From Bacteroidia bacterium (lineage in GTDB: Bacteria > Bacteroidota > Bacteroidia > M30B66): a stretch of DNA of 64,000 nucleotides. The stretch lies in the NCBI GenBank assembly GCA_965279035.1, contig OZ257142.1, positions 2,656,001 to 2,720,000 on the forward strand, in the 5' to 3' direction. A model generated the notes under the pieces. That model did no database searches. It was not told the DNA's origin and worked only from the letters and a program-made list of their open reading frames with translations. The position numbers and the translations under genes are program-made. Below are positions 28,555 through 39,653 of this stretch, piece by piece; position 1 is the stretch's first letter, and each line of letters begins with the position of its first letter.

Positions 28555-29472
28555 ATGAAAAAGTTCCTGACCCTTATTGCTTGTTCTATTTTCCTTGTTG
28601 GAACGATTCAAGCACAAGTACCTAATTTCAGTTTTGAAGAAGCTAATTTCGATGGTTCACTTCGTAACTGGGGCAATGTTTACTTACAAGAAGCATGGCT
28701 TGATACGACAGGAGAAATGCATGGAGATTCAACTTATTTGGACTTTGCATATTATTTTCAATCGGATGATGCTTGGAATGGCTCATGGGCAGCTGAGATG
28801 CGTAATTCCTATAATTACACTCAAAACATAGGACGTGCAGGTGCAATTATAGCTGATTTAGATAGTGTATTTTCGGCTTGGGGTTCGTTTGAAACGATTC
28901 CTTTAAATGCAACACCTTCATCGCTTGGCTTTTTTTACAAGCATGTTGGTGTGGATGGCGACACTGCTTCGGCAGAAATTACGGTATTTGATAGCTTAGG
29001 AAATGAGATTGGATTTGGACGTACAATCATTCCCAATTCTACATTGGCCTATACGCATGCAGTAACTCCGATTGAGTATACTTCGAGTGAAATGCCTGCT
29101 TCGGCGATGATTAAGTTTAGTAATTTTTATACTCAAGCTCCGGGTGTTCGTCAACCAGCGCTGGGTTCTCGCTTTGTGGTGGATGATGTACAATTGTACA
29201 ATTTAATTACTGGATTTGATTTGATTAGTCGTCAGCAATTGGATGTGATCGCATATCCAAATCCGAGTTCTGAGAGTTTTGTGATTAAGCGAAATACGGC
29301 TGTTCCGGCTCAGGTTAAGTTGTTTTCGATGTCAGGTGAATTGGTGAAACAACAACAGATAAGTGGAGAAACATCCGCTTTCGGATTGAGTGATATAAGC
29401 AATGGAAGTTATGTATTGGAAGTTGAATCGGCAGGCAAAAGTTGGAAACAAGTGATGCTTATTGAGCACTAA
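28555..29472 (+). CDS. Secreted protein with carbohydrate-binding-like jelly-roll domain and T9SS type A CTD
   Basis: Signal peptide; VPNFSFEE...VDDVQL jelly-roll ends; AYPNPS...SNGSYVLEV. Confidence 0.8.
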   Translation: MKKFLTLIACSIFLVGTIQAQVPNFSFEEANFDGSLRNWGNVYLQEAWLDTTGEMHGDSTYLDFAYYFQSDDAWNGSWAAEMRNSYNYTQNIGRAGAIIADLDSVFSAWGSFETIPLNATPSSLGFFYKHVGVDGDTASAEITVFDSLGNEIGFGRTIIPNSTLAYTHAVTPIEYTSSEMPASAMIKFSNFYTQAPGVRQPALGSRFVVDDVQLYNLITGFDLISRQQLDVIAYPNPSSESFVIKRNTAVPAQVKLFSMSGELVKQQQISGETSAFGLSDISNGSYVLEVESAGKSWKQVMLIEH

Positions 29473-29486
29473 AATTTCGAGAGGAA

Positions 29487-29594
29487 TTGCGTGAAGGATG
29501 GAAAGGGTTTGTGCGCCTTTTTAGGCGTACCGCAGCGAAGCGAAGCCCTGCACAGCCTGACTTGAGCCTTTTTCAGGCGAAGGGCACGCCCAAA
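29487..29594 (+). ncRNA. Structured intergenic RNA/repeat resembling the Flavo-1 motif
   Basis: GC-rich island: GCGTG/CACGC closing stem, AGGGTTT/AAGCCCT, GTGCGCCT-TTTT-AGGCGTAC, GCCT-TTTTC-AGGC; ends GGGCACGCCCAAAT. Family assignment is from recall, not a search. Confidence 0.5.
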
Positions 29595-29658
29595 TAATAC
29601 TCCTGATATTTTGAACAGAATGCTCTAATTTGTGTTCGTATAAAAAAACCCAACCAAC

Positions 29659-30072
29659 ATGAAAAGAAAAGCACAAGCTGTTTGGCAAGGCTCTGGAAAA
29701 GAAGGCCATGGACATTTAAGCACGCAAAGTTCTGTATTGAAAGAAACGCAATATTCGTTCGGAAGTCGCTTTGCTGAAGGCATTGGAACAAATCCTGAAG
29801 AATTAATTGCAGCAGCACATTCGGGCTGTTTTACGATGAAATTGTCGTTTAATACGGACGCAGCAGGATTTAAAGCAGAAAAGCTCGAAACATCGTGTAC
29901 CATTACGTTTGAAGATGGTTCGATAAAAGAATCGTATTTGGAATTGGTGGCAAATATTCCGGGAATTTCGAAGGAGAAATTTGATGAACTAGTTGCAGAT
30001 GCTGAAAAAAATTGTCCGATTTCGAAGTTGCTTAATACCACTATAACGGTAAATGCGCAATTAATTTCTTGA
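29659..30072 (+). CDS. osmC: OsmC peroxiredoxin
   Basis: YSFGSRF...GTNPEELIAAAHSGCF...AEKNCPISK. Confidence 0.93.
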   Translation: MKRKAQAVWQGSGKEGHGHLSTQSSVLKETQYSFGSRFAEGIGTNPEELIAAAHSGCFTMKLSFNTDAAGFKAEKLETSCTITFEDGSIKESYLELVANIPGISKEKFDELVADAEKNCPISKLLNTTITVNAQLIS

Positions 30073-30087
30073 ATTTAACATCTTATT

Positions 30088-30124
30088 AAAGCACCGAGGT
30101 TCTTCGTGAATTTCGGTGCTTTTT
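30088..30124 (+). terminator. Rho-independent terminator
   Basis: AAAGCACCGA...TCGGTGCTTT followed by T residues. Confidence 0.7.
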
Positions 30125-30154
30125 GTATTGTAGGTTTGCAGAAATAATATTGGA

Positions 30155-32176
30155 ATGACACAGCCCCAACCCAAATTCACGAATGCATTAATTGATTCGA
30201 GCAGTCCGTATTTGCTGCAACACGCGCACAATCCTGTGAATTGGTATCCTTGGGGTGAAGAAGCACTCGAAAAAGCCAAACGAGAAAATAAACCTTTATT
30301 GGTAAGCATTGGCTATTCGGCTTGTCATTGGTGCCATGTGATGGAGCACGAATCGTTTGAGGATGAAGAAACTGCAGCTTTGATGAATGCGCATTTTGTA
30401 TGTATCAAAGTTGATCGAGAAGAGCGCCCCGATATTGACCAAATTTATATGGCAGCTGTTCAATTAATGACACAACGTGGTGGTTGGCCATTAAACTGTT
30501 TTGCATTACCTGATGGAAGACCGATTTACGGAGGCACTTATTTTCCTAAGGAAAACTGGCAGCATGTGTTGAAGCAGATTGATTCATTGTACATAAATGA
30601 TTGGGAAAAAGTGCAGGAATATGCTGGCAATTTGACCAAAGGAATTGAGCAGATGGAATTGTTTAAGGTGAAGGAAGGTGCTGAATCGATCAACAAAAAC
30701 GATTTGCAGCAAAGCGTTGGAAAATGGCTGGGAATGATTGATCAAGAAGAAGGAGGACCGAATCGTGCACCTAAATTTCCTTTGCCTTCGAATTATTTGT
30801 TTTTACTACGTTATTCGGTGTTGACCAATCAAAAGCATGAGTTAGAACATGTGCATTTGACCTTGAAAAAGATGGCGTTTGGTGGAATTTACGATCAGAT
30901 TGGTGGCGGCTTTTCGAGGTATTCGACGGATGTTTGGTGGAAGGTTCCACATTTTGAGAAGATGTTGTATGATAATGGGCAATTGCTGAGTTTGTATTCA
31001 GAAGCATATCAGCAGAATGCGGATGAAGATTATCGGACAATTTGTTTGCAAACGGCTGAGTTTGTGAAGCGAGAATTGACAGCAAAAGAGGGTTATTTTT
31101 ATTCAGCTTTGGATGCAGATAGTGAAGGCGTTGAAGGGAAATTTTATACCTGGAAATTGGATGAGTTGAAAGCAATTTTGACTGAGGAAGAATTTCGTAT
31201 TGCAAGTGTTTATTATAATGTGAATGATTTCGGATTTTGGGAACATGAGCAATACATTTTGTTGAGACGCGACGAAAACCGCATTGTTGCGGAAGTGCTC
31301 GAATTGGATGAGTTGCAGCTGGAGAAGCACATTCGGAAAATTAATTCGAAATTGATGGAAGCGCGCGAACTGCGGATTCGTCCGGGTTTGGATGATAAAT
31401 TATTGTGTAGTTGGAATGCGATGATGATTCGTGGCTTGGCCGATGCATCACGTTTTTTAGATGAAGAACAATTACTGTTAGATGCTGAAAAAGCTGCGCG
31501 TTTTATTCTACAAGAGTTGAAAGATGAAAACGGAAGACTCTGGCATACTTGGAAAAATGGAAAGCGTAGTGTTCTTGGTTTTTTAGAAGATTATGCATTT
31601 CTAATTGATGCCTTGATTGGCTTGTATGAAGCTAGTTATGAAGATCATTGGTTGTTGGAAGCGCGCGATTTGATGTACACTGTTTTAGGAGATTTTGAAC
31701 GAAGTACAAGTGGTTTATTTTATTTCACTTCCTCGCAACAGGGAGTTTGGGTAGCAAAACAATTAGAATCTTCGGATAATGTTCAGCCTGCGTCGAATTC
31801 GATGATGGCAAGAAATCTATACACATTAGGAATTTATTTTGGCAAAGCCGAGTGGATGCAACAAACCGATTCGATGTTACGAACTGTGCGTGATGAATTG
31901 CTGAATTACGGACCGGGTTATTCGAACTGGGGATTGTTGGTATTGGAACGGGAATTTGATTTTAAGGAAATGGTAATTAGCGGTCCAAATGCTATTTCAA
32001 CAGCTAAACGAATACGAAAAACCCATCGTCCAGATTTGCTCATAGCCGCAACAGAACAATTCAGTTTATTGCCTTTGATGGAAGGAAGATCAAACACCGA
32101 AACCTTGACTTATTATGTATGTCGCGGAACAGTATGCGATGCACCCGTATTTGATGAATTGGAGTTGAGATTATAA
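30155..32176 (+). CDS. Thioredoxin-domain protein, YyaL/SPATA20 (DUF255) family
   Basis: [51 protein letters not shown] -7 element at 30131-30138. Confidence 0.92.
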   Translation: MTQPQPKFTNALIDSSSPYLLQHAHNPVNWYPWGEEALEKAKRENKPLLVSIGYSACHWCHVMEHESFEDEETAALMNAHFVCIKVDREERPDIDQIYMAAVQLMTQRGGWPLNCFALPDGRPIYGGTYFPKENWQHVLKQIDSLYINDWEKVQEYAGNLTKGIEQMELFKVKEGAESINKNDLQQSVGKWLGMIDQEEGGPNRAPKFPLPSNYLFLLRYSVLTNQKHELEHVHLTLKKMAFGGIYDQIGGGFSRYSTDVWWKVPHFEKMLYDNGQLLSLYSEAYQQNADEDYRTICLQTAEFVKRELTAKEGYFYSALDADSEGVEGKFYTWKLDELKAILTEEEFRIASVYYNVNDFGFWEHEQYILLRRDENRIVAEVLELDELQLEKHIRKINSKLMEARELRIRPGLDDKLLCSWNAMMIRGLADASRFLDEEQLLLDAEKAARFILQELKDENGRLWHTWKNGKRSVLGFLEDYAFLIDALIGLYEASYEDHWLLEARDLMYTVLGDFERSTSGLFYFTSSQQGVWVAKQLESSDNVQPASNSMMARNLYTLGIYFGKAEWMQQTDSMLRTVRDELLNYGPGYSNWGLLVLEREFDFKEMVISGPNAISTAKRIRKTHRPDLLIAATEQFSLLPLMEGRSNTETLTYYVCRGTVCDAPVFDELELRL

Positions 32177-32178
32177 TT

Positions 32179-33822
32179 TTATGATGTGCGAATGCGAGCT
32201 ATGTGTTCGAGTCCTAATTCTTTGATAGAGACTTCACGCATTTCCACTTTTCGAACTTTACCAGAAATTGTAACTGGGAATTCCTTGGTGAATTTCCAGT
32301 AGCGTGGCACTTTATAATGCGCAATTTGTTGATCACAAAAAGCTGCTAATTCCGATTCGGTTAAAGAAGTATGTTCTTTTATTTTCACCCAAGCCATGAC
32401 TTCTTCCCCATATTTTTCGCTTGGAACGCCAATCACTTGAACATCGCTAATGGCGGGATGTGTATATAAAAAGTCTTCAATTTCTTTGGGTGAAATATTT
32501 TCTCCACCTCGAATGATTACATCTTTAATTCTTCCGGTGATGTTGATATAGCCTTCATCATCCATTGTTGCCATGTCACCAGTATGCATCCAACGTGCAT
32601 TGTCGAGCACTTGCAATGTTGATTCGGGATTGTTCCAATATTTAAGCATTACGGAATATCCGCGTGTACACAATTCTCCCGCAACACCTCGATCTACAAT
32701 GTGTCCTGTTTCCGGATCAATCACTTTTAATTCTAAATGATCTTGCACAGTACCAACCGTGCTAATTTGTTTTTCGAGTGGAGTACCAATTACTGTTTGA
32801 GCGGAAACGGGCGAAGTTTCGGTCATTCCATAACAAATACTCATTTCGCGCATGTGCATCTTGGTTTGCACTTGTTTCATGATTTCGATTGGACAAGGGG
32901 AACCAGCCATCACGCCTGTTCGCAATGAACTTAAATTGAAGCGATCAAAATCTGGTAATTGCAATTCGGCGATAAACATCGTAGGCACGCCATAAAGTGA
33001 AGTACATTTTTCTAATTGTATGGCTTCGAGTGTTTTTGCAGGATCAAAACTGGCAGCAGGAATAACCATACATGCACCATGAGATGTGCAACACAAATTT
33101 CCGATAACCATTCCAAAACAATGGTAAAATGGAACTGGAATACATACACGATCGTGCTGCGTGTAGTTCAATCGACGCCCAATAAAATAGCCATTGTTGA
33201 GTAAATTATGATGCGTAAGTGTAACTCCTTTAGGAAATCCTGTTGTACCAGAAGTGTATTGAATATTGACTGGATCGTCGAATTGAATGCTGTTTTCAAT
33301 GGCTGAAATTTGATCATCCTTAATTCCATTTCCACGCTCTAAGAAATCTTGCCAAGCGAGTTCGAAAAAAACGACTTGGTCCAATTGACTGCATTCTGGC
33401 TGCACTTGGCTAATTATTTCTTTGTAATTGCTGCTTTTGAATTGGGTCGCAGCAAAGAGCATTTTCAATCCCGATTGATTGATGACAAAGGCTAATTCAT
33501 GTGAACGATAAGCTGGGTTGATATTGACTAAAATACTTCCAATGCGCGCTGTTGCATATTGCAGTATCACCCATTCGTAACGATTCGGCGCCCACACTCC
33601 TACCCGATCGCCTGGCTGGATGCCCGATGCCACAAGACTTTTAGCAGCTTGAGTGGTTTGAGAATAAAAGGATGAATAGCTTGCGCGATATCCTTGTTCA
33701 ACACATATCAGTGCATCCTGTTGAGGAAAACGAGCAACAGTTCGTTGGAGATTTTGTCCAATCGTTTCACCCAATAAGGGAACATCCGATGGTCCACTAG
33801 AATAGGAAATTGCAGAGCGCAT
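32179..33822 (-). CDS. Acyl-CoA synthetase (AMP-binding, ACSF2/FadD-like)
   Basis: YTSGTTGFPKG, YGMTETSP, HTGD, RIKDVIIRGGENI. Confidence 0.9.
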   Translation of the reverse strand: MRSAISYSSGPSDVPLLGETIGQNLQRTVARFPQQDALICVEQGYRASYSSFYSQTTQAAKSLVASGIQPGDRVGVWAPNRYEWVILQYATARIGSILVNINPAYRSHELAFVINQSGLKMLFAATQFKSSNYKEIISQVQPECSQLDQVVFFELAWQDFLERGNGIKDDQISAIENSIQFDDPVNIQYTSGTTGFPKGVTLTHHNLLNNGYFIGRRLNYTQHDRVCIPVPFYHCFGMVIGNLCCTSHGACMVIPAASFDPAKTLEAIQLEKCTSLYGVPTMFIAELQLPDFDRFNLSSLRTGVMAGSPCPIEIMKQVQTKMHMREMSICYGMTETSPVSAQTVIGTPLEKQISTVGTVQDHLELKVIDPETGHIVDRGVAGELCTRGYSVMLKYWNNPESTLQVLDNARWMHTGDMATMDDEGYINITGRIKDVIIRGGENISPKEIEDFLYTHPAISDVQVIGVPSEKYGEEVMAWVKIKEHTSLTESELAAFCDQQIAHYKVPRYWKFTKEFPVTISGKVRKVEMREVSIKELGLEHIARIRTS

Positions 33823-33824
33823 AG

Positions 33825-35516
33825 TTATTTAGAATAAAAGAATTCGTTTGAATGTTGATTTCCACTGGCTCGATGTTGAGCTTCTGAAGCACGTAACTCG
33901 ATACGCCGAATTTTTCCACTGATAGTTTTAGGAAGCTCGGGAACAAATTCAATAATACGAGGCATTTTGTATGGAGCTAAGTTTTTACGTGCAAAGGCAA
34001 AGATTTCATCCGCTAACCCTTTATCAGAAATGTATCCGTTAGCTAAAATGATAAATGCCTTGATCTCATATCCTTTAACTGTATGTGGACTTCCCACAAC
34101 TGCCGATTCTACAACCGATTCGTGTTCAATTAAAACACTTTCCACTTCAAATGGACCAACACGGTAATCAGAAGATTTAATGACATCATCGTCGCGACCG
34201 ACAAACCAGATATAACCATCATTGTCTTTGTAAGCCTTATCACCCGTGTAATACAAACCATGTTTAAACACGTCCTTCAATTTTTCAGGATCTTCGAAAT
34301 AGGAATTAAAAATTCCATTGGGTTTTCCAGTAGTCGTTTTGACGGTGATATTTCCTTCTTCACCGATGGGCAGTTCATTTCCATGTTCATCTGCAATGAC
34401 AATTTCATAGAGAAAAGTTGGTTTTCCCATGCTTCCATATTTCAGCACATTGCCCGGAAGGTTTGCAATCATACAGGTGCTTTCGGTTTGACCATATCCA
34501 TCACGAATGATGAGTCCAGTACCACGTTTCCAAGTTTCGATAATTTCGGGATTGAGTGGTTCGCCCGCTGCTACACATTGACGAAAGCTGAATTGATACT
34601 TGTTAAGATCTTCTTGAATGAGTAATCGCAGAACCGTTGGTGGAGCGCAGAAAGTGGTGATTTTATGATCTTGAATGAGTTGTAATTGTTCTGCAGCTTG
34701 AAATCTTCCCGCTTGATGAAAAGCAAAAATGGTAGCACCAACATTCCAAGGAGCAAAGAAACTGCTCCACGCAAATTTCGCCCAACCCGGTTGAGAAATA
34801 TTATAATGAATATCTCCTTTTCGAAGACCAATCCACGATGCAGTAGATAAATGACCGAGTGGATAACTCATATGTGTGTGAATAACCACTTTGGGCATAC
34901 CAGTCGTTCCTGAGGTGAAGAATAGAAAAAGCGGATCGTCGGGAGCAGTAATGGCAGCCTCGGCTTCAATTGAGTGCTTATAGATTTCATCGATGCTGAT
35001 CCAACCATCGCGTGTTCCATCGACCAGTAATTTCAGCGGGATGGTTTTGCCTGATAGGATTTCTGCCTCATCCATTTTAGGAGCATTTTCCAAATCAGAA
35101 ATAACAAGCGAAGGCATTAAACGACCAAAACGGTAAACTAAATCGTGAACACCTAAAATAGTTGCAGCTGGAATGAGTCGAAATCCACCTTTTATTCCAG
35201 TTAGAATCGTCAACCAATTCATCGGCAATAAAGCCATTTGAAATAAAATAATATCCTGTTGTTTCAATCCATTTGTACGCAAAAAATTGAGAAAGCAATT
35301 GGTTTCCTTTCTCAGTTGATCGAAGGAAAAGGATTGGGTAATATTTCCATTGGTCCAAATGAGTGCTTTTTCATTGGGCATTTCTTGTACGTTTAATGCT
35401 TCAAACACATCGCGCACCCAATTAAATTGCAGGGGTTTTTCAATAGAAATTTCGTTTAATCGATCAAATTGTTCATCTAAAATGCGGGCACGAACCTTCT
35501 GAAAAATAGATTTCAT
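33825..35516 (-). CDS. Short/medium-chain acyl-CoA synthetase (ACSM-like)
   Basis: FTSGTTGMPK, PGWAKFAW, DGYGQTE, GRDDDVIKSS, LPKTISGKIRR. Confidence 0.9.
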   Translation of the reverse strand: MKSIFQKVRARILDEQFDRLNEISIEKPLQFNWVRDVFEALNVQEMPNEKALIWTNGNITQSFSFDQLRKETNCFLNFLRTNGLKQQDIILFQMALLPMNWLTILTGIKGGFRLIPAATILGVHDLVYRFGRLMPSLVISDLENAPKMDEAEILSGKTIPLKLLVDGTRDGWISIDEIYKHSIEAEAAITAPDDPLFLFFTSGTTGMPKVVIHTHMSYPLGHLSTASWIGLRKGDIHYNISQPGWAKFAWSSFFAPWNVGATIFAFHQAGRFQAAEQLQLIQDHKITTFCAPPTVLRLLIQEDLNKYQFSFRQCVAAGEPLNPEIIETWKRGTGLIIRDGYGQTESTCMIANLPGNVLKYGSMGKPTFLYEIVIADEHGNELPIGEEGNITVKTTTGKPNGIFNSYFEDPEKLKDVFKHGLYYTGDKAYKDNDGYIWFVGRDDDVIKSSDYRVGPFEVESVLIEHESVVESAVVGSPHTVKGYEIKAFIILANGYISDKGLADEIFAFARKNLAPYKMPRIIEFVPELPKTISGKIRRIELRASEAQHRASGNQHSNEFFYSK

Positions 35517-37151
35517 AATTATTTATTGATAGAGCAATATCGTGTTATGAAATGATGAAAAATAGAATTTAAATCATGAAATGGGAATTATGTAAAAATT
35601 CAATTTTCCTTTATTTGATTAGATTTTAAAAATTAACATGGATTGAATTCCTTAACATTTAACTAAAAAATGATTGATCGATATTCATTTCGATTTAATC
35701 TGAAAGATGCATTCTCTTTCCTATATTTCCCTATTAGTAATAACAAGATAATTAGTATGGAAACTTCCGATAGTAATGCTTTTTGGCAATTCGATTCTAC
35801 TTATTGGTTTGGTAAATTGAATAGTCAAAATAGTGGTTTATCGCTAGAAGTTATAGCAGAAAGGCAATCGCAAATTCATCAAAGAAAGATCACATCTCCT
35901 TTTATTAAAGGGCTGCTTTTGTTTTTGGGACAATTTAAAAGTCCATTGATGTTGATGCTTTTGGGAGCTGTTCTTTTATCAGCATTTTTGGGTGATACTT
36001 CTGATGTATTTATTATACTCTTTATTGTTATTTCAACGGGTTTGATTAGTTTTTTTCAAGAGCGAAATGCTGGAAAAGTAGTTGAAAAATTACAATCAAT
36101 GATTGCCTTAAAATGCACTGTATTACGCAATGGGAAAGAAGAGCAAATTATTTCATCTCACATATTACCTGGTGATATTTTACTTATTAAAGCAGGAGAT
36201 ATTCTACCTGCCGATTGTTTAATAATAGAAGGAAACGAAGTTCAGGCGAATGAATCAAGTTTAACGGGTGAATCGTTTCCAGTCAGAAAATTACCAGGAG
36301 CTCTTCCTGTCGAAACACCATTAGCTAAACGAAGTAATTCCTTATGGGAAGGATCTAGTATTGTGAGTGGAAATGCCAAAGCATTGGTTATAAACACTGG
36401 GGCTGATAGTTTATTTGGAAGTATAACAAAAAGTGCAGAAACTACTATTGAAACTTCGTTTGAAAAAGGCATTCGTGATTTCGGATATTTTTTAATGAAG
36501 ATTACGCTGGCATTGTCGGTGTTTATTTTGACAGTGAATTTACTCAATCATAAAAGTGTAATTGATTCTGCATTATTTGCTTTAGCCTTAGCAGTAGGAA
36601 TGGCACCCGAATTATTGCCAGCAATAACAACTATTGCTATGAGTGCTGGCTCGAAACGGATGTTAGCCAAAAAGGTGATAGTAAAAAAGCTCACATCCAT
36701 TCAGAATTTAGGTGAAGTAAATTTACTCTGCACCGATAAAACGGGAACGATAACAGAAGGAATAATTAAAGTGTTTGGATTGCATGATGGAGAAGGAAAG
36801 GAAAGTGAATTTTTAAAAGAACTAGCTTATTGGAATTCAAGTTTAGAATCGGGATATTCAAATCCCATTGATGATGCACTGAAGGAATTACATATTGAAA
36901 ATACAGTTCAAATAAAAAAGTTAGGAGAAGTTCCTTATGATTTTATTCGCAAAAGATTAAGCATTGCATTACAAAAAGAACAAGATAAATTGCTTATTTC
37001 TAAAGGATCCTATCAAACGATTCTTCCTATTTGTAATCAAGCACGAATGAGTGATGGAAGCATTGTGGCGATTGATGTTCTTAAGAATTCGCTCGATTCT
37101 CAATTTATTGACTATGGAAATAAAGGATTAAGAGCCATAGGTATTTGTTAT

Positions 37152-38522
37152 CACACCCGTCCAAGACGTTTTAAAATAGGGTAAAAAAATAGAGTTGGTC
37201 CGGATTAAATCCGGTATGTTTGAGTTACGACACAAAAACATAAACCAACTCCGGCATGAAGATCACATTATTTGCTCAGATATTCCAAAAAATTAAGCGA
37301 GATTCTTTCAATAAACTAGTAGAAAAGTTTGAGTCCAATAAACATTGTAAAGGCAATGATGCTTGGTCTCACTTTGTGACAATGGTTTTTTGCCAGTTTT
37401 CCAAGTCTAATAGCTTAAATGACGTTTGCAATGGAATGCGATCAGCAACAGGCGATTTAAATCATCTGGGAGTGTCAAAAGCCATGAGGCGATCATCGTT
37501 GGCATATAATAACCAACATCGCAACTGGGAGCTGTTTCAAGCGATGTATTTTAACTTGTATGAGCAGTTTGAATCAACCTTAAAAACAAGCCGAAAGCTG
37601 CTTCCCAAACGTAAAATCTATCTGCTCGATTCAACCACGATTGACCTTTGTCTTAAAGTGTTCGACTGGGCACTATTTCGAAAGAAGAAGGGAGCTATAA
37701 AACTTCACACAGTCCTTGACTTTGACGGCTGTATGCCCGTTTTTGCTGATTTGAGTGATGGCAAAAAGCACGATGTAAATGCAGCACATGATATTGAATT
37801 TCCCACAGGAAGCATTGTTGTAGCTGATAGAGGATATGTCGATTTTAACTGGATGAGAAAATTAGATGAACAAGGAGTATTCTTTGTTATTCGAGGAAAA
37901 GAAAACATTCAGTTTGAACTTTATGAGCGAACTAAGAGCCCAACCGATGAAGCAAATCCAGACTTGCAATACGACTGGAAAGGCTTTTTGAGTTTACCTC
38001 AATCAAAAGAAAAATACCCGCAAAAGCTCCGAATGGTTCAGATCTGGGATGAAGAACAACAGATATATCTTGAACTTCTTACAAACAATTTTTCTTGGAC
38101 AGCATCGACCATTTCAGAACTATATAAACGTAGATGGAGCATCGAATCGTTCTTCAAGGAGATCAAAACACACCTGAAAATCAAGTCTTTCATAGGAACC
38201 AGCATGAATGCTGTTCTGATACAGATTTGGACAGCACTAATCACCATACTGCTTTTAAAGACACTTCAAAAGGAAGCAAAACACTCTTGGCACCTCTCAA
38301 ATTTGGTGTCCTTTATTCGATTAAATCTCTTTGTGAAAATTGACCTCAAAAAATGGCTTGATAAACCCTTTTTAGATGATGACGAAATTGATAAACTGGA
38401 ATTACAAATGTCCCTTTTTTAAATTATAGAGGGTTTAATTTTCAAAAGAGCGTTCTTTGATGAGTAATCTCGCATCAAATCAGGATTGTATTTTCGTTAT
38501 ACAAACGTCTTGGACGGGTGTG
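37152..38522 (+). mobile_element. IS4-family insertion sequence, copy 1 (1371 bp)
   Basis: Perfect 20-bp terminal inverted repeats CACACCCGTCCAAGACGTTT; 9-bp target duplication ATTTGTTAT at 37143-37151 and 38523-38531. Confidence 0.95.
37256..38422 (+). CDS. IS4-family DDE transposase (DUF4372-type N-terminus)
   Basis: LDSTTI, ADRGY, YKRRWSIESFFKEIK (YREK motif). Confidence 0.95.
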   Translation: MKITLFAQIFQKIKRDSFNKLVEKFESNKHCKGNDAWSHFVTMVFCQFSKSNSLNDVCNGMRSATGDLNHLGVSKAMRRSSLAYNNQHRNWELFQAMYFNLYEQFESTLKTSRKLLPKRKIYLLDSTTIDLCLKVFDWALFRKKKGAIKLHTVLDFDGCMPVFADLSDGKKHDVNAAHDIEFPTGSIVVADRGYVDFNWMRKLDEQGVFFVIRGKENIQFELYERTKSPTDEANPDLQYDWKGFLSLPQSKEKYPQKLRMVQIWDEEQQIYLELLTNNFSWTASTISELYKRRWSIESFFKEIKTHLKIKSFIGTSMNAVLIQIWTALITILLLKTLQKEAKHSWHLSNLVSFIRLNLFVKIDLKKWLDKPFLDDDEIDKLELQMSLF

Positions 38523-39653
38523 ATTTGTTATAAATCAATTACAAAAGAAAGTGTAGATAAAGACGATGAAAATGAAATGATATTTGCAGGTTTTGTTCTT
38601 CTGCAAGATCCTATCAAGACTGGAATAATTGAAACAATTGATGCGCTAAAACAACTCAAAGTTGGACTAAAAATTATTACTGGAGATAATCAACATGTTG
38701 CACGTTCGATTGCATTAAGTATAGGTATTGAAAATCCCAATATAATTACAGGAGCAGAATTGCTTTCTTTAAGTGCTGATGAATTAACACTGCGAGTAAA
38801 GCTGGTCCATATTTTTGCTGAAGTAGAACCACAACAAAAAGAACTTATAATTCAATCTCTTCGACATTCTTATACAGTTGCCTATATAGGTGATGGTATT
38901 AATGATGTTTCAGCATTGAATGCTGCAGATGTAGGAATATCGGTTGAAAATGCAGTAGATGTTGCGAAAGAAGCGGCCGATTTTGTGCTCATGGAAAAGG
39001 AATTAATTGTATTAACCGATGGCATTAAAGAAGGACGAAAAACTTTTGCTAACACACTTAAATATATATACATCAGTACGGGATCTACCTTTGGAAATAT
39101 GTGCAGTGTGGCAGTTGCATCACTTATATTGCCTTTTCTTCCAATGCTTCCAAAGCAAATATTACTCACGAATTTCTTGACTGATTTTCCCTATTTAACT
39201 GTAGCTTCTGATAATGTAGATGAAGAGCAATTAGAAAAACCCGGTAAATGGAATTTCAGGATTATTCGAAATTATATGATTGTTTTTGGAATTCACAGTT
39301 CATTGTTTGATATCATAACCTTCCTCACTTTATTATTCCTATTAAAAGCACAGGAATCATATTTTCAAACAAGTTGGTTTATTGAATCGGTTTTATCAGA
39401 ACTCTTTATTCTTTTTATTATCCGTACACACAAGAATTTCTTCAAAAGTAAACCAGCAAAATATATGGTCGCCATGAGTGCTTTAGGTTTAAGTATTACA
39501 CTTGGACTTCCTTATATGCCTTTTTCTCAGGAATTCGGCTTAGTTCCGCTCCCAATGCTTAACCTAGGTGTAATGCTTAGTATTGTTGCAGCTTATATAT
39601 TCACTGCCGATTTATTAAAAGTTTGGTTTTTCAAACGTTTAAATCGTGTATAA

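Larger units (their letters stand above)
35757..39653 (+). pseudogene. mgtA: Mg2+-transporting P-type ATPase interrupted by IS4-family element
   Basis: 5' part has TGES, PELLP, DKTGT, PYDFIRKR; 3' part has ITGDN, GDGIND. Removing the IS plus one 9-bp duplication restores ...AIGICYKSITK..., an 838-aa ORF. Confidence 0.9.

Noticed and set aside
29521-30041. Minus-strand ORFs over osmC and the structured element
   Set aside because: Antisense shadows of a well-supported gene with no recognisable protein features; the same applies to other short nested ORFs in the track.
35517-35756. mgtL-like leader peptide or Mg2+ riboswitch upstream of mgtA
   Set aside because: AT-rich with no Pro-rich short ORF or convincing structure; the ORF-track extension from 35670 is probably not translated.
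37143-37151. IS target-site consensus (ATTTGTTAT versus AAGCTGTAG in element orientation)
   Set aside because: Only two sites sharing three positions; not enough to define a motif.
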